Source: Macrostomum lignano (Eukaryota). From it: a DNA stretch of 64,000 nucleotides. Location of the stretch: contig NIVC01002782.1 in NCBI GenBank assembly GCA_002269645.1, positions 33,466 through 97,465 on the forward strand, given 5' to 3'. A program made the position numbers and the translations under genes. Shown here in pieces: positions 1 through 11,810 of this stretch. Under the pieces are notes generated by a model that saw nothing but the letters and a program-made list of their open reading frames with translations, ran no database searches and was not told where the DNA came from. The first letter of the stretch is position 1. Each line of letters begins with the position of its first letter.

Positions 1-600
1 CCTCCCCGACCCATCTTTACCCTCCCCGACCCATCTTTACCCTCCCCGATCCATCTTTACCCTCCCCGACCCATCTTCACCCTCCCCGACCCATCTTTAC
101 CCTCCCCGACCCATCTTTACCTTCCCCGACCCATCTCTTTCCAGCCTGACCCATCTCCACTCAGCCTGACCCATCTCTACCCAGCCTGACCCATCTCTAC
201 CCAGCCTGGCCCATCTCTACCCAGCCTGACCCATCTCTACCCAGCCTGACCCATCTCTACCCAGCCTGACCCATCTCTACCCAGCCTGACCCATCTCTAC
301 CCAGCCTGACCCATCTCTACCCAGCCTGACCCATCTCTACCCAGCCTGACCCATCTCTACCCAGCCTGACCCATCTCTACCCAGCCTGACCCATCTCTAC
401 CCAGCCTGACCCATCTCCACTCAGCCTGACCCATTTCTTCCCAGCCTGACCCATCTCTACCCAGCCTGACCCATCTCTTCCCAGCCTGACCCATCTCTAC
501 CCAGCCTGACCCATCTCTACCCAGCCTGACCCATCTCTACCCAGCCTGACCCATCTCCACTCAGCCTGACCCATCTCCACTCAGCCTGACCCATCTCTAC
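1..600. repeat. 20-bp minisatellite (CCAGCCTGACCCATCTCTAC), about 30 copies, cut off by the window edge
   Basis: Period-20 units read directly; the first units are the variant CCTCCCCGACCCATCTTTAC. Confidence 0.95.
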
Positions 601-1409
601 CCTCTCTTCCAGCTCAGCTGCGCAGCTTCCTCGCTCATTAATTCCCACTAGCGTGAGCTGCGAGATTCTCAAAACCCATCGGCGAACCGTGAGATCCTAC
701 GGCTCCGCCCCGCTCCTCACTTGAGAAGCTCCGCCTCTGGGAGACCCCCCGCCGTCTTTTTGTGAGGATCCGGGAGATTAAACTCGGCAGAGGGTCGGGG
801 AAGGGGGGGGTTGGACGACAACTTCCGAGACTGAGAGAGCGCAGCGAGAGAGGAGAGAGAGAGAGAGAGAGAGGGGGCGGAGACCCCAGGCTGCGAGCTG
901 ACAGAGTCGGGTATTGCGTGCGGCATCCAGCAGCTCAATAATAGGCCTCAAGCAGGATGTACCGGCTGAGTGGGTGGCACAATGATTCGCAGGACTGCTT
1001 CGGCACCTCGTCCAGCAGTCTACGGGATTGAAAACTTTTGAACAGAGCCCATTGACTTCAATATGCAGCCTGATTTTAAGTTGACCCCTTGCTCCGGGGG
1101 ACGAGCAGGCAAAACTTTAGCTAGTTCTGAAGTGGTCACAACAACGAGGCCGAGGACTCGGAGCAGGGCACATCCGATCTGCGATCCGCCTCCTCCTGCC
1201 ACAACTTCTTGTTAGCTTTCTATAGGGGTCTGGGAGGGGTTCCTCTCGTCTACTCAATCGGGCAGATTGTTCAAAGCGATTTGCCGTGTTTTATACGAAC
1301 ACCAAGTGGACAATTTTGTAGAGAGGTGAGGTAAGGCAGATCCAGTGCTATTCTTGTTTGCAACACTGATTGATATTGGGATCTGAATATGCACCACTGC
1401 CAGGTGTTG

Positions 1410-1645
1410 CTGAGGGCAGAGGAGAGAAGAGAGAAGAGGAGAGGAGAGGAGAGGAGAGGAGAGGAGAGGAGAGGAGAGGAGAGGAGAGGAGAGGAGAGGA
1501 GAGGAGAGGAGAGGAGAGGAGAGGAGAGGAGAGGAGAGGAGAGGAGAGGAGAGGAGAGGAGAGGAGAGGAGAGGAGAGGAGAGGAGAGGAGAGGAGAGAG
1601 GAGAGGAGAGGAGAGGAGAGGAGAGGAGAGGAGAGGAGAGTGGAG
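1410..1645. repeat. (AGAGG)n pentanucleotide microsatellite
   Basis: Read directly; it produces the SSPLL and RRGEE ORFs in the track. Confidence 0.95.
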
Positions 1646-2649
1646 GGGACAGAAATTGCTGGAGAGGCTCATAGCCGAACAGAAGAAGCGGATGGAGACG
1701 GTTGCAGGCTGCCAGCAATACAAGAAACAGAGGCTCAATGTCGATTCAGCTTCGGAGCGGACTACAGCACACGGACAGTCAGGGTACAGAAACAAGCACA
1801 CATTAACTGAGTTTCAAGCAAGCAAAATAAAAAAAACCCACAAGAAATTCTAAGGCTACGAAAAGAGAGCAGCACATGATGAACTGGCGGCAGCAGCAGC
1901 AGCTTCGGTCCGCCTTGCTGAGTATCAAGTGGTTTCTATGAGAGCAGGGAGACTGAGAGAGAGGGGGAACAGAGAGATGGAGTGACAGCGACTCCGAATT
2001 CATAGCGGCCACACCGACGCTCCCAAAACCGCCGCGGACACTCCGGCTGCGCAGTCGCTAATGAGTGGAAAATTGGGGTATGGGGGGGCAATTTCTGGCT
2101 GGGGATAAACTCCCACTGCCCAAGTGCCCATCCGCAGCTATATCTATCAGCCAACACCCAGCCGCGCGCGCCCCTCTCTCACTTCACGTCTCTCCCCAGG
2201 CGTGTGTGGCGAGTTCGGGCTCGAATTTCAATTTCCTATCAGACTCGATATCCTCTCCATACACGCTGAGGGGAGAGAGAGAGTGGGAGAGCTATTGGGA
2301 TAGAAACTTCGCTGCGGCGGACAGACAGATCTGCTGCTTCCCTCCATAATAGCGGGTATCAGTCGCAGCCTCCGCTTCATCGACTCGACACCCGCGGCTC
2401 CGGCCCCCACCCTGATAGTCCCAGACCCTATAAACTATCAATAATGATTTTTCTTAGCGGCTCGGGCGCGAGCCGAACCGAATCTGCTAAAATCGGATTA
2501 TTGGCAGGAGGAGGCTGGGCATGATGATGCTGTTGATGATGATGATGGAAACTGCTGCCACTTAAGCGGACTGCGGCTGAAAATGAGAACTGAGATGACG
2601 GCCTGGGAACTTCTCACTAATAGCGTCTGCGTGCTACCTCGTACTCTAC

Positions 2650-3310
2650 TCCCTCTCCTCTCGCACCCTCCCTCAGACTTCCCCAGACTCTCCCCTGATC
2701 AGCCTCCCTCACACTCTCCATCAGACTCTCTCCTAGCTCAGATTCTCTATCAGACTCTCCCCGACTCTCCCCTCACAATCTCCCTCAGACTCTCCCTCAG
2801 ACTCTCCCTCACACTCTCCCATCATACACTCCCTCAGACTCTCTCCTCAGACTCTCCCCTCACACTCTCCCTCAGACTCTCGCTAAGACTCTCCCTTACA
2901 CTCTCCCTCAGACTCTCGCTAAGACTCTCCCTTACACTCTCCCTCAGACTCTCGCTAAGACTCTCCCTTACACTCTCCCTCAGAATCTCGCTAAGACTCT
3001 CCCTTACACTCTCCCTCAGACTCTCGCTAAGACTCTCCCTTACACTCTCCCTCAGACTCTCGCTAAGACTCTCCCTTACACTCTCCCTCAGACTCTCGCT
3101 AAGACTCTCCCTTACACTCTCCCTCAGACTCTCGCTAAGACTCTCCCTTACACTCTCCCTCAGACTCTCGCTAAGACTCTCCCTTACACTCTCCCTCAGA
3201 CTCTCCTTCAGATACTCTTCACACTCTCCCTCAGACTCTCCCTTACACTCTCCCTCAGACTCTCCCTCAGACTCTCCCTCAGACTCTCGCTAAGACTCCG
3301 TCACACTCTA
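2650..3310. repeat. 12-bp CTCTCCCTCAGA-type minisatellite with a 36-bp higher-order unit
   Basis: Repeated CTCTCCCTCAGA-CTCTCGCTAAGA-CTCTCCCTTACA. Confidence 0.9.
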
Positions 3311-3809
3311 CCCTCACACTTTCCCCCTTACTCTTGCCCTTCATTCACACTGCAGCTTCGATATTGAATCAATTCCACGCGGAAAGTGCTGACACCGAAG
3401 CGGGGTACAATTAGCCTTTAGCCTGCAGTAGCTGGAGCTCCCCGCAGCCGCAAGGCTCTCACAGTTTCTCTACTCAAATTGACAGCTAGCGAGCGGGCCC
3501 TGACGACCCGATGACAGATCCAGATAGTATATTTCATCCTCAACTGTCACTGTCACCGGAAACTGCTGGAGTCTGTGCTGGGTGGCAGGCTGTGTTTCTA
3601 CTCTGTGCGCAGATTGAAAGCTTGGCTAGTCAGTTAGTAAGCCAAAGCAATAATCACTGCCAGTCACGAAACCGCGCTTTGTGGCCGCGCATTCTGTGTG
3701 GCGAAATTTACACCAATTTGCCTGGGGTGAAACTCGTACTTCAATGCATGTTTCTGCCAACAGATCTGCTAGTTTGTGGTAGAAACGTTTTATCAAAACC
3801 CACCACTAT

Positions 3810-3985
3810 CGAATCCAAATTGCTGGCTCTAGATTGTACCCACCCCACTCCCCAGCCACTCCGTCTTCCTGAATTCCTATTGGCTGGCTCTGGATTGTAC
3901 CCACCCCACTCCTCAGCCACTCCGTCTTCCTGCATTCCTATTGGCTGGCTCCTTGATTGCACCCAACCCACTCCCGGCCACTTCG
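3810..3985. repeat. About three copies of a 61-bp unit, two with ATTGG (reverse-strand CCAAT)
   Basis: ATTGGCTGGCTC at 3879 and 3940, degenerate copy near 3820. Confidence 0.7.
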
Positions 3986-4813
3986 TCCTGTATTTTAATT
4001 TCAACGTCAAACAGCCAACCCTTATCGATTGTAAAGTTTAATTTGTTACGTTTTAGACTTGTTTATCATTGCGTACGTAGCTATACATGTATACTGTAAA
4101 TAAAACAGTCTTCTTAACACGAAAACACCCAAATCATCTTATTAAAAGTGGCAATTTAGCCTTTAATCTTATAAAAATATTACTTATCATATAATAAATA
4201 GATATAGACAGACAAATATATCATTTAAAGATCTGAAAGCATGGCACACGGAATCAGAGTTGAGAAGGCTGATTTAAACATACGAGTATAAATATATCCA
4301 CAAAACACATTTAGAGTTCGGAATAAGTTTGCGTGTAGCTAACAAGATACATTTATATTGACGCAATGTGGTATGTAAGCAGTGTGTTAGCAGCAACTGA
4401 ATGATGTAATTAAATTTGGAGAAAACTGAACACTTAATCAGTATTCACAGTGCGATTACCTTATGAGTGCAACTGTTTACGAGCGTAGTCAGTCAATCTC
4501 CGATATGTACAGTATCATAAACAAGTGTCTACAATATTGAGGGCGAGAGTTGGACAAAAAATGGGACTTGAACCAAAGGTGCAGTCTTTTCTGTTTTGAG
4601 CTCAGCGATTTGGTTCACTTTCATTCACAATCGGTAAAAGAGAGACAAAAAAAGAAAGAATAGAGAGAAAAGAGAGGGAGAGAAGAGAGAAAAGGGAGAA
4701 GAGAGAGAGAAGAGAGAGAGAGAGAGGGGAGAAGAAAGGGAGAAGAGGGAAAAGAGAGATGAGAGTAAACAGGAAGCAGACAGTTGGCACTGGCAGACTG
4801 AGATGCGAGTCTA

Positions 4814-5485
4814 TCATACCTGACCGAGATAGAGCTTCTTGGTGAGGTGGCTGACGACTCCCACAGACCAGGGCGCCATATCGTCAGGCCTCGGCAGCTG
4901 CAGAACCCGCTGGTTCACCAGAGTCATGAGCTGGTGAAACTCCAGCTGGTTGCCAAACTTGGTGACTAAATCGCACAGGGTGACGGTGAACTGTGGGCCG
5001 CCATGCCCCAGCACCAGTGCCGTGTCAGCGAAGACGGGAAGGCCGCTGGCCGCAGCCGCCTGCGACCCATTCGGCAGCCTGTTGGCGTCGCAGCAGATCC
5101 TCGACTTAGTCAGCAGGCCTTCGTTATCGTACTGAACGATGAACACCTTGGGCTTGCAGCGCCACACCGGGGACTTGCTGAACGGCTCCAACAGGCGGTC
5201 AAAGTCCACGTCCAGGCCCGACACGTTGATGCCCCAGCCGTCCAGGGCGTTGTAGCAGCCCGACAGGCCGACCACCAGACAATCGTACACGTCGCAGCTC
5301 TGATCGTCGGCGAGGGTATCGAAGTACTCGTACACCTCCCGGTTGGTCTCGCCACTCAGCACGTTGCGCTCCCGGCGCTCGAACTGGAGGCTGTCGAAGG
5401 CGTCGCGCATCGGCTGCAGTCGGACCCGGGGATTGTCGCGATACAGCACGCAGAGCTTCCGGCTGCACGGGTACTGCTGCGGCAT
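4814..5485 (-). CDS. Catalytically dead caspase-like domain C (p20+p10 fold in one exon)
   Basis: Caspase motifs DCLVVGLSG (cf. DCFVCVILSHG), KPKVFIVQ (cf. GKPKLFFIQ), FADTALV, LEFHQLMTLVNQRV (cf. LEFMHILTRVNRKV), SHLTKKLYL (cf. SMLTKELYF). QACRG is replaced by QYDNE and the SHG His is missing. In-frame acceptor at 5510/5509; CAG|GTATGA donor at 4820. Confidence 0.8.
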   Translation of the reverse strand: MPQQYPCSRKLCVLYRDNPRVRLQPMRDAFDSLQFERRERNVLSGETNREVYEYFDTLADDQSCDVYDCLVVGLSGCYNALDGWGINVSGLDVDFDRLLEPFSKSPVWRCKPKVFIVQYDNEGLLTKSRICCDANRLPNGSQAAAASGLPVFADTALVLGHGGPQFTVTLCDLVTKFGNQLEFHQLMTLVNQRVLQLPRPDDMAPWSVGVVSHLTKKLYLGQV

Positions 5486-5514
5486 GGCCGGGGCAGCGGC
5501 GGGGTGCGGCTGAC

Positions 5515-5560
5515 TGTGTCTGTCTGTTTGCCTGTCTGTCTGTCTGTTTGCCTGTCTGTC

Positions 5561-5635
<75 letters not shown>

Positions 5636-5722
5636 GCCTGTCTGTCTGTTTGCCTGTCTGCCTGCCTGCCTGTCTGTCTGTCTGTCTGTCTGTCTGCCTG
5701 TCTGTTTGCCTGTCTGTCTGCC

Positions 5723-5789
<67 letters not shown>

Positions 5790-5842
5790 TTGTCTGTCTG
5801 TCTGTCTGTCTGACTGCCTGCCCGTCTCTGCCTGTCTGCCTC

Positions 5843-5905
<63 letters not shown>

Positions 5906-5918
5906 GCCTGTCTGTCTT

Positions 5919-5987
<69 letters not shown>

Positions 5988-6035
5988 GTCTGTCTGTGTC
6001 TGCCTTTTTGTTTTTGTCACTGTCTGTCCGTCTGC
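5515..6035. repeat. (CTGT)n/(GACA)n microsatellite
   Basis: Read directly; abuts the acceptor of caspase-like domain C. Confidence 0.95.
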
Positions 6036-6303
6036 CTACCCTTCTGTGTACCATCCTGCCTGTTAATCTACGCGTAAAAAAGTAAACAAGGCTGCCATTT
6101 GTCAATAAAAATCTCTACACAATTGTATTTTACTGATAAAAAAACTTTTTTAAGACTCCGTTTGACTCCATGTCAAAATTATAAAACAGTTTTCCTAAAT
6201 TCGAAAAGACAGCGTACTAACTATGCTACTTATTGTTAGTAAAAAACACAGCATTTGAAATTCGTATTAATGGCACCAGTTTAAAAACCTGCGCCGATCT
6301 AAG

Positions 6304-7911
6304 CTAATAGCGACCGACCCGACCGTCGCTGGCAGGGAACCGCACCAGCTTAGTCAGGGTGCTGAACACCTTCGGCATGGCGATCTCGGCGCAACCGCTG
6401 TCTCCCACCTTGGCCATCAGCTCCAGCACCATGTCCGTCAGCTCGGCGCCGCGGTCAGAATTTTGCTGTCCTGCTGTCAGCATCGCCTTGGCCAGCTCCT
6501 GGGCCGGGTTCGGCACCCGATGGCTGTCCATGAAGGGCAGCGGCGCATACAGGATGTAGAAGTCTGGGCCCAGCTGAAACTCCTGGCAGCGGGTCAGGGA
6601 GATGTACTCTTCCAGCCGCCCGGGGTTCAGCATGAAACCAAAGTGGTGCCGGCGAATTCGCTGCATACAGTCCAGGCGTTCCATTTCGCGCGGGGTGTGC
6701 ACGATGAACAGACGCGGCTTGCCGGCCAGGGCTGGACAGCGGTCCGAGCTAAACCGGCTGAACACCTCCTCGTGCAGGCGAAGTTTCGGGCGCAGCGGGT
6801 TCTCCAGGACGGCGTCGGTTTGGTTGCTAGGGACGCTGTACCTGCTGCTGCCGTAGCGATAGTAGCCGGAGTCCATGCCCTGCAGAGCGGGGATGGGATT
6901 TTGGGTCAGGGGATTGCGTGTCAGGGGATTGTGGGTCAGGGGATTGTGGGTCAGGGGATTGCAGGTCAGGGGATTGCGGGTCAGGGGATTGTGGGTCAGG
7001 TGATTGTGGGTCAGGGGATTGAGGGTCAGGGCCATTGTGGGTCAGGGGATTGTGTGTCAGGGGATTGCGGGTCCGGGGATTGTGGGTCAGGGGATTGTGG
7101 GTTAGGGAATTGTGGGTCAGGGATTGCGGGTCAGGGGATTGCGGGTCAGGAGATTGTGGGTCAGGGGATTTTGGGTCAGGTGATTGTGGGTCAGGGGATT
7201 GAGGGTCAGGGGATTGTGGGTCAGGGCCATTGTGGGTCAGGGGATTGTGGGTCAGGGGATTGCGGGTCCGGGGATTGTGGGTCAGGGGATTGTGGGTTAG
7301 GGAATTGTGGGTCAGGGATTGTGGGTCAGGGGATTGTGGGTCAGGGATTGAGGGTCAGGGGATTGTGGGTCAGGGATTGTGGGTCAGGTGATTGTGGGTC
7401 AGGGATTGTGGGTCAGGGATTGTGGGTCAAAGGATTGTGGGTCAGGTGATTGTGGGTCAGGGATTGTGGGTCAGGGGATTGTGAGCAGGATTTCGATTAA
7501 GAAGCGAATGCATTAACAGCCCACCTGCTCCGACCTGACGCCCGGGTGAACCACCCCCGACGGCGGCGTCAGAAGGAAGCCGTACTCGCAGATCAGGATG
7601 ACCACCAGACAGTCCAGCGGGTTGTGTTCGGCTGACGCTGCCAGCCGGCCGAGCTCAGAGTTCACCGACCCGGAGTTCACGTCGTCCAACCGGACGATTC
7701 GTTGCTTGTCGAAGCCGAGGCCCAGCAGGGCGCGCTCGTAGTCTTCGGCCCGGGCCGGCAGGTCGGCTTTGAAGGGCGGTGAACAGTCGCCGAATTTCAT
7801 GGTGGCGATGAGGCAGTGGCCTCGTCTGGACAGCGGGTAGGCAGCCAGCAGCTCGTCGGGATCCTGCTGCATGTGGGTGCCGGGTCGGACTGCAGCAAGG
7901 GTTGGAGGCAT
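6304..7911 (-). CDS. Catalytically dead caspase-like domain B; exons 7911 (or acceptor at 7889)-7525 and 6879-6304
   Basis: YPLSRRGHCLI, ALLGLGF, HNPLDCLVVILICEYG (no SHG), CPALAGKPRLFIVHTPRE (QACRG replaced by HTPRE), PDFYILYA, STLTKLVRF. Phase-0 intron CAG|GTGGGC...CTGCAG|GGC joins RSEQ to GMDS in frame. Confidence 0.8.
6890..7490. repeat. 15-bp minisatellite (GGGTCAGGGGATTGT), intronic
   Basis: Read directly; fills the intron of domain B. Confidence 0.95.
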
Positions 7912-7924
7912 TTAGGATCAGGGT

Positions 7925-8620
7925 TGGGCTGTGGGTCATTCATCACGGGTCAGTGGGTCATTCACTGTGGGTCGACAGTGGGTCATTCACTGTGGGTCGA
8001 GAGCAGGTCATTCACTGTGGGTCGACAGTGGGCCAGTCATCATGGGTCAGTGGGTCAATCATCATGGGTCAGTGGGTCATTCGTCATGGGTCAGTGGGTC
8101 AGTCATCATGGGTCAGTGGGTCAGTCATCATGGGTCAGTGGGTCAGTCATCATGGATCAGTGGGTCATTCGTCATGGGTCAGTGGATCATTCATTGTGAG
8201 TCGACAGTGAGCCAGCGGTCATGGGTCAGTGGGTCAGTCATCATGGGTCAGTGAGCCAGTGGTCATGGGTCAGTGTGCCATTCGTCATGGATCAGTGGGT
8301 CATTCACCGTAGGTCAGTGAGCCAGTCATCATGGGTCAGTGAGCCAGTCATCATGGGTCAGTGGGTCAGTCGTCATTGGTCAGTGTGCCATTGGTCAGTG
8401 GGTCATTCACCGTAGGTCAGTGGGCTAGTCATCATGGGTCAGTGGGTCAGTCATCATGGGTTAGTGGGTCAGTCGTCATGGGTCAGTGGGTCAGTCATCA
8501 TGGGTCAGTGGGTCATTCGTAATGGGTCAGTGGGTCCTCCTGCTCTTCCATCACGGGTCATTGGGTCATTTATCATAGGTCAGTAAGTAGATCATTCGTC
8601 TCAGGTCATGGGTATTGTGG
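7925..8620. repeat. Degenerate GGGTCAGT/CATCATGGGTCAGT minisatellite
   Basis: Read directly; lies between caspase-like domains A and B. Confidence 0.9.
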
Positions 8621-8804
8621 GGTCACTGACTCATTAATTATAAATCGCAACAAAACTATTGAAATGTGAAAAAGATCACTTGGCAAGGCACTATATATTT
8701 ATAAATTTTCAGACCGGAACAGCCAGTGGAAGAGGCGAGATTATGTATAAAAGTCCTCTACTATAAATTCTCTAATATAAGTCCTCTAATAGATACAGGG
8801 TATT

Positions 8805-10300
8805 CTATCGATAAATACTTGTACTCATAAGGTACAGCGGTTTCAGCAGAGCCCCGGTGCTGGCAAAGAAGTCCGGACTGACTCCATGCTCAAGCTGCTG
8901 GCTATAGTTCTCGTGAATTCGCTGCACCACATCGAACCGGAAGTCCTGCCTTGCGACCGCCTTGTCCTGCAGGGCAGACCGGACGGCCTCCGTCAGGTGC
9001 TCGCCGGCGCGGATGACCGCAAAGTCGGTCCAACTGGCAGGGAATGTCTCGGAATAGCCGGGGCCGATTGGGCCCGCGTCCGTGGGGAGCAGCGGCTTCG
9101 TGCGGCTCACCTGCGCGAGGGGGAGGCTAAGTAGGTCAAGTCAGGGTCAGACCAGGGTCAGGTCAGGGTCAGGTAGGTCAGGGTTAGGTAGGTTGGAGTC
9201 AGGTAGGTAGGGTCAGGTAGGTTAGGGTCAGGTAGGTCAGGGTCAGGTAGGTTAGGGTCAGGTCAGGGTCAGGTCAGGGTCAGTTCTGTCAGGTCAGGGT
9301 CAGGTAGGTCACGGTCAGGTCAAGGTCAAATAGGCCAGGTCAGATCATGTAGGTCAGGGTCAGGTCATGATCAGGTGTGTCAAGGCAGGTAGGTCAGGTC
9401 AGAGTCACAGAGGTCAAGGTCACAGACCTGGTAGTCAGGTCAGGGTTGGGTTAATTCAGGTCTAGGTCAGGGTTGGGTTAATTCAGGTCTAGGTCAGGGT
9501 TGGGTTAATTCAGGTCTAGGTCAGGGTTGGGTTAATTCAGGTCTAGGTCAGGGTTGGGTTAATTCAGGTCTAGGTCAGGGTTGGGTTAATTCAGGTCTAG
9601 GTCAGGGTTGGGTTAATTCAGGTCTAGTTCAGGTAGATCAGGTCATGGTTAGTCAGGTAAATTAGATCTGGGTCAAGTAAGTTGAGGTCAGGTACATGTA
9701 TTTCAGGATCAGGTATGTTAGGTAAAGAATGCAATATCATCTGGCCATACCTAGTAAGGTTATATAAGGTTCATAAGAAAGATGGGACTAAAGTAAAATG
9801 AGTTATGAAACATAAGGTTAGTAAGGTCATGATTTATAAAATTCTAATTGGGTTACAATAAAAAGTATTTTAAAAATGTAAAATGTTGGATTTTAACTAG
9901 GCTTATACATTTACAAAAAAAATTAACCAGCCAGGTGGGTCATTCTCACCTGAAAAAAGAAAATCTTTGGCTTTCCTTTCCACTGAGTGGATGTCATAAA
10001 TGGTTCAATAACTGAGTGAAAATCAAATGGTGCTCCATTGATAGTCAGTTGATAATTGCATAGGCAGCAGCCAGCAAAGTACAAAACAAAACAGCTTCCA
10101 GTCTCATTGGCATATTTCATGAGCTCTGTACTTAGCCAGTCATCGGCCAGTCCATTAGGCAGGTCTTGGTATTTAGTTCTAAAGCCAAGACTTTCAAATA
10201 TTGAAGGAATTCCATTCAATGAAGCTAGTTGCCAGTCCCGAATAACAAGGCAGATTCTTTGGCCAGTATGAGTGTCATAGGGCTCAACTGAACCAGCCAT
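8805..10300 (-). CDS. Catalytically dead caspase-like domain A; exons 10300-9950 and 9110-8805 (218 aa)
   Basis: RICLVI, FESLGF, SCFVLYFAG (no SHG), WKGKPKIFFFQ|VSRT (QACRG becomes QVSRT), WTDFAVI, ALLKPLYL. Phase-0 intron CAG|GTGAGA...GCGCAG|GTG. Confidence 0.8.
9130..9700. repeat. GGTCAG-rich intronic repeat with a 27-bp core (GGTCAGGGTTGGGTTAATTCAGGTCTA)
   Basis: Period 27 between 9438 and about 9625, with degenerate flanks. Confidence 0.9.
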
Positions 10301-11446
10301 GCTTTGGTTGATTAAAGCTTATTATATTATTTGATTGTTTGAGTTGGTATTTGATATATACTTAGTTCTGAAATATCCAATAATTTATGAATTAAGACAC
10401 TATTAGATACATCCATTACTAAAAATAGTATCAGCTAAACATGAGAATAATGTTTATAATATAGTATAACATTCATTAGTCTTTTATCTGAAACTATTTT
10501 TTGCATATTTTAACTCCTATTGACAATAAAAGTATGTATTAAAAAATTTCTATTACCTTAAAATGCACAAGGCCAAGGGTAGTGTAATAATCATTAATGT
10601 AGATATTATTCTTTTATCTCTTTAAATTTGATTTCAAACCTCAACTTGATTAAGAAAAAAGGTGTTTGCTAGAATATTAACTTAGTCTAATTGAATGTAT
10701 TTAAAAAACTAATTATTATTGCTACCAGAAATATTGAATGGGCCAGTGGGCCTAAAAACATAACAATTTAAAATACAAACATGATAACAACTTTTTCAAG
10801 TCAAGAAATTACATTTCTAAATACAAAGGCTCTAAAATCAACATATATACATTAATAACAAACAAAAGTCATCATTTCTAAAAAATAAGATCCTGTTAAT
10901 TCATAACTGGTATCAAGAATTTTTGTAATAGACATTTTAAACCTAGTTTTCACGTTTAATATATATTTCGAAACGTTCTAGAGTGTTTTCTTTTAACCTT
11001 TATAAAAATTACTATTTATAATATATTTCCATTCCACTTCTTTATATATTTATAAAACGTACAAAGCGTTAAAGAACGCGGTACTAAAGATATTATTAAT
11101 CCTTCGCTAATCTTGTTACAAAATCGCGTCTTTCGTGGAAAGTCGCCTTTTTGAAATACTAAAATTGTAGTTCCGCGTTTTTTCTTAAACTAACAAATTT
11201 TTATATATCCAACTCAGCTAGCAATGTTAAATTGACCAAAATGACTTAAAATACAAAATATAAGTTAGTCAAAATATAAAAAGCAAAAATAACCTGAATT
11301 TTCATTTAAAGACTTTAAATTGTGTGAAAGGAAAACTCCGAGTGGGAATCACATTGCTGTCGCAGTTTGGAAAGACCTTTGTTAGAAAAGTAGCAACTTA
11401 TATATTACTACATGTAATATATTTTTAAACTGTTAAATTAGCAGGG

Positions 11447-11810
11447 GCATCACCCGGATTTTATGGTGGGGGGACAAGGCCAATAATTCAACATGTTTAT
11501 ACATGATAAATTCCTACATTTTCATTATTTTGAGAATCCGTGTTGTCAGCACTCATTTGGCGCCGTAGGCAGGCACTCTTTTTAGCGCCGCAAAGATTCC
11601 TTTTAGCGCCGCAGGAACTCATTAGCGCAGTAGGCATGTACTAGTGTACTACTCATTTTGGCACCGAAGGCGCTATAGTTTGGCGCCTTGAAGAAAAATT
11701 ATTGTTTACCACAACGAGTCACAGGTGGGGTGGGGGGGGACAAAGCATTGGCACGTCCCCCCATAGCTTTTAATGGGGGGGACATGTCCTCCCTGTCCCC
11801 TCCGATGATG
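11447..11810. mobile_element. Possible decayed non-autonomous DNA transposon
   Basis: GC-rich island in AT-rich DNA starting CAGGGGCATC, with GGGGGGACA and TGTCCCC motifs near both ends; TIRs are imperfect and no TSD was found. Confidence 0.3.

Noticed and set aside
612-3420. Possible plus-strand coding exons (for example 1226-1330, 1653-1785, 1855-1935, 2507-2640, 3356-3410)
   Set aside because: Several open, protein-like segments with splice-like ends, but I could not build a phase-consistent model or recognise a family.
5199-6105. Long ORFs such as RQTD/SVCL repeats (also 35235-35823, 45617-46823, 51822-52807), SSPLL/RRGEE, LTPYISHPTSHT, KLTDPQ, GFGIVALWD
   Set aside because: They are translations of stop-free micro- or minisatellites lying between real splice sites.
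11130-11350. NF-kB-like sites upstream of the pseudocaspase cluster (GCGACTTTCC, GGAAAACTCC)
   Set aside because: Imperfect matches to short degenerate motifs, expected by chance.
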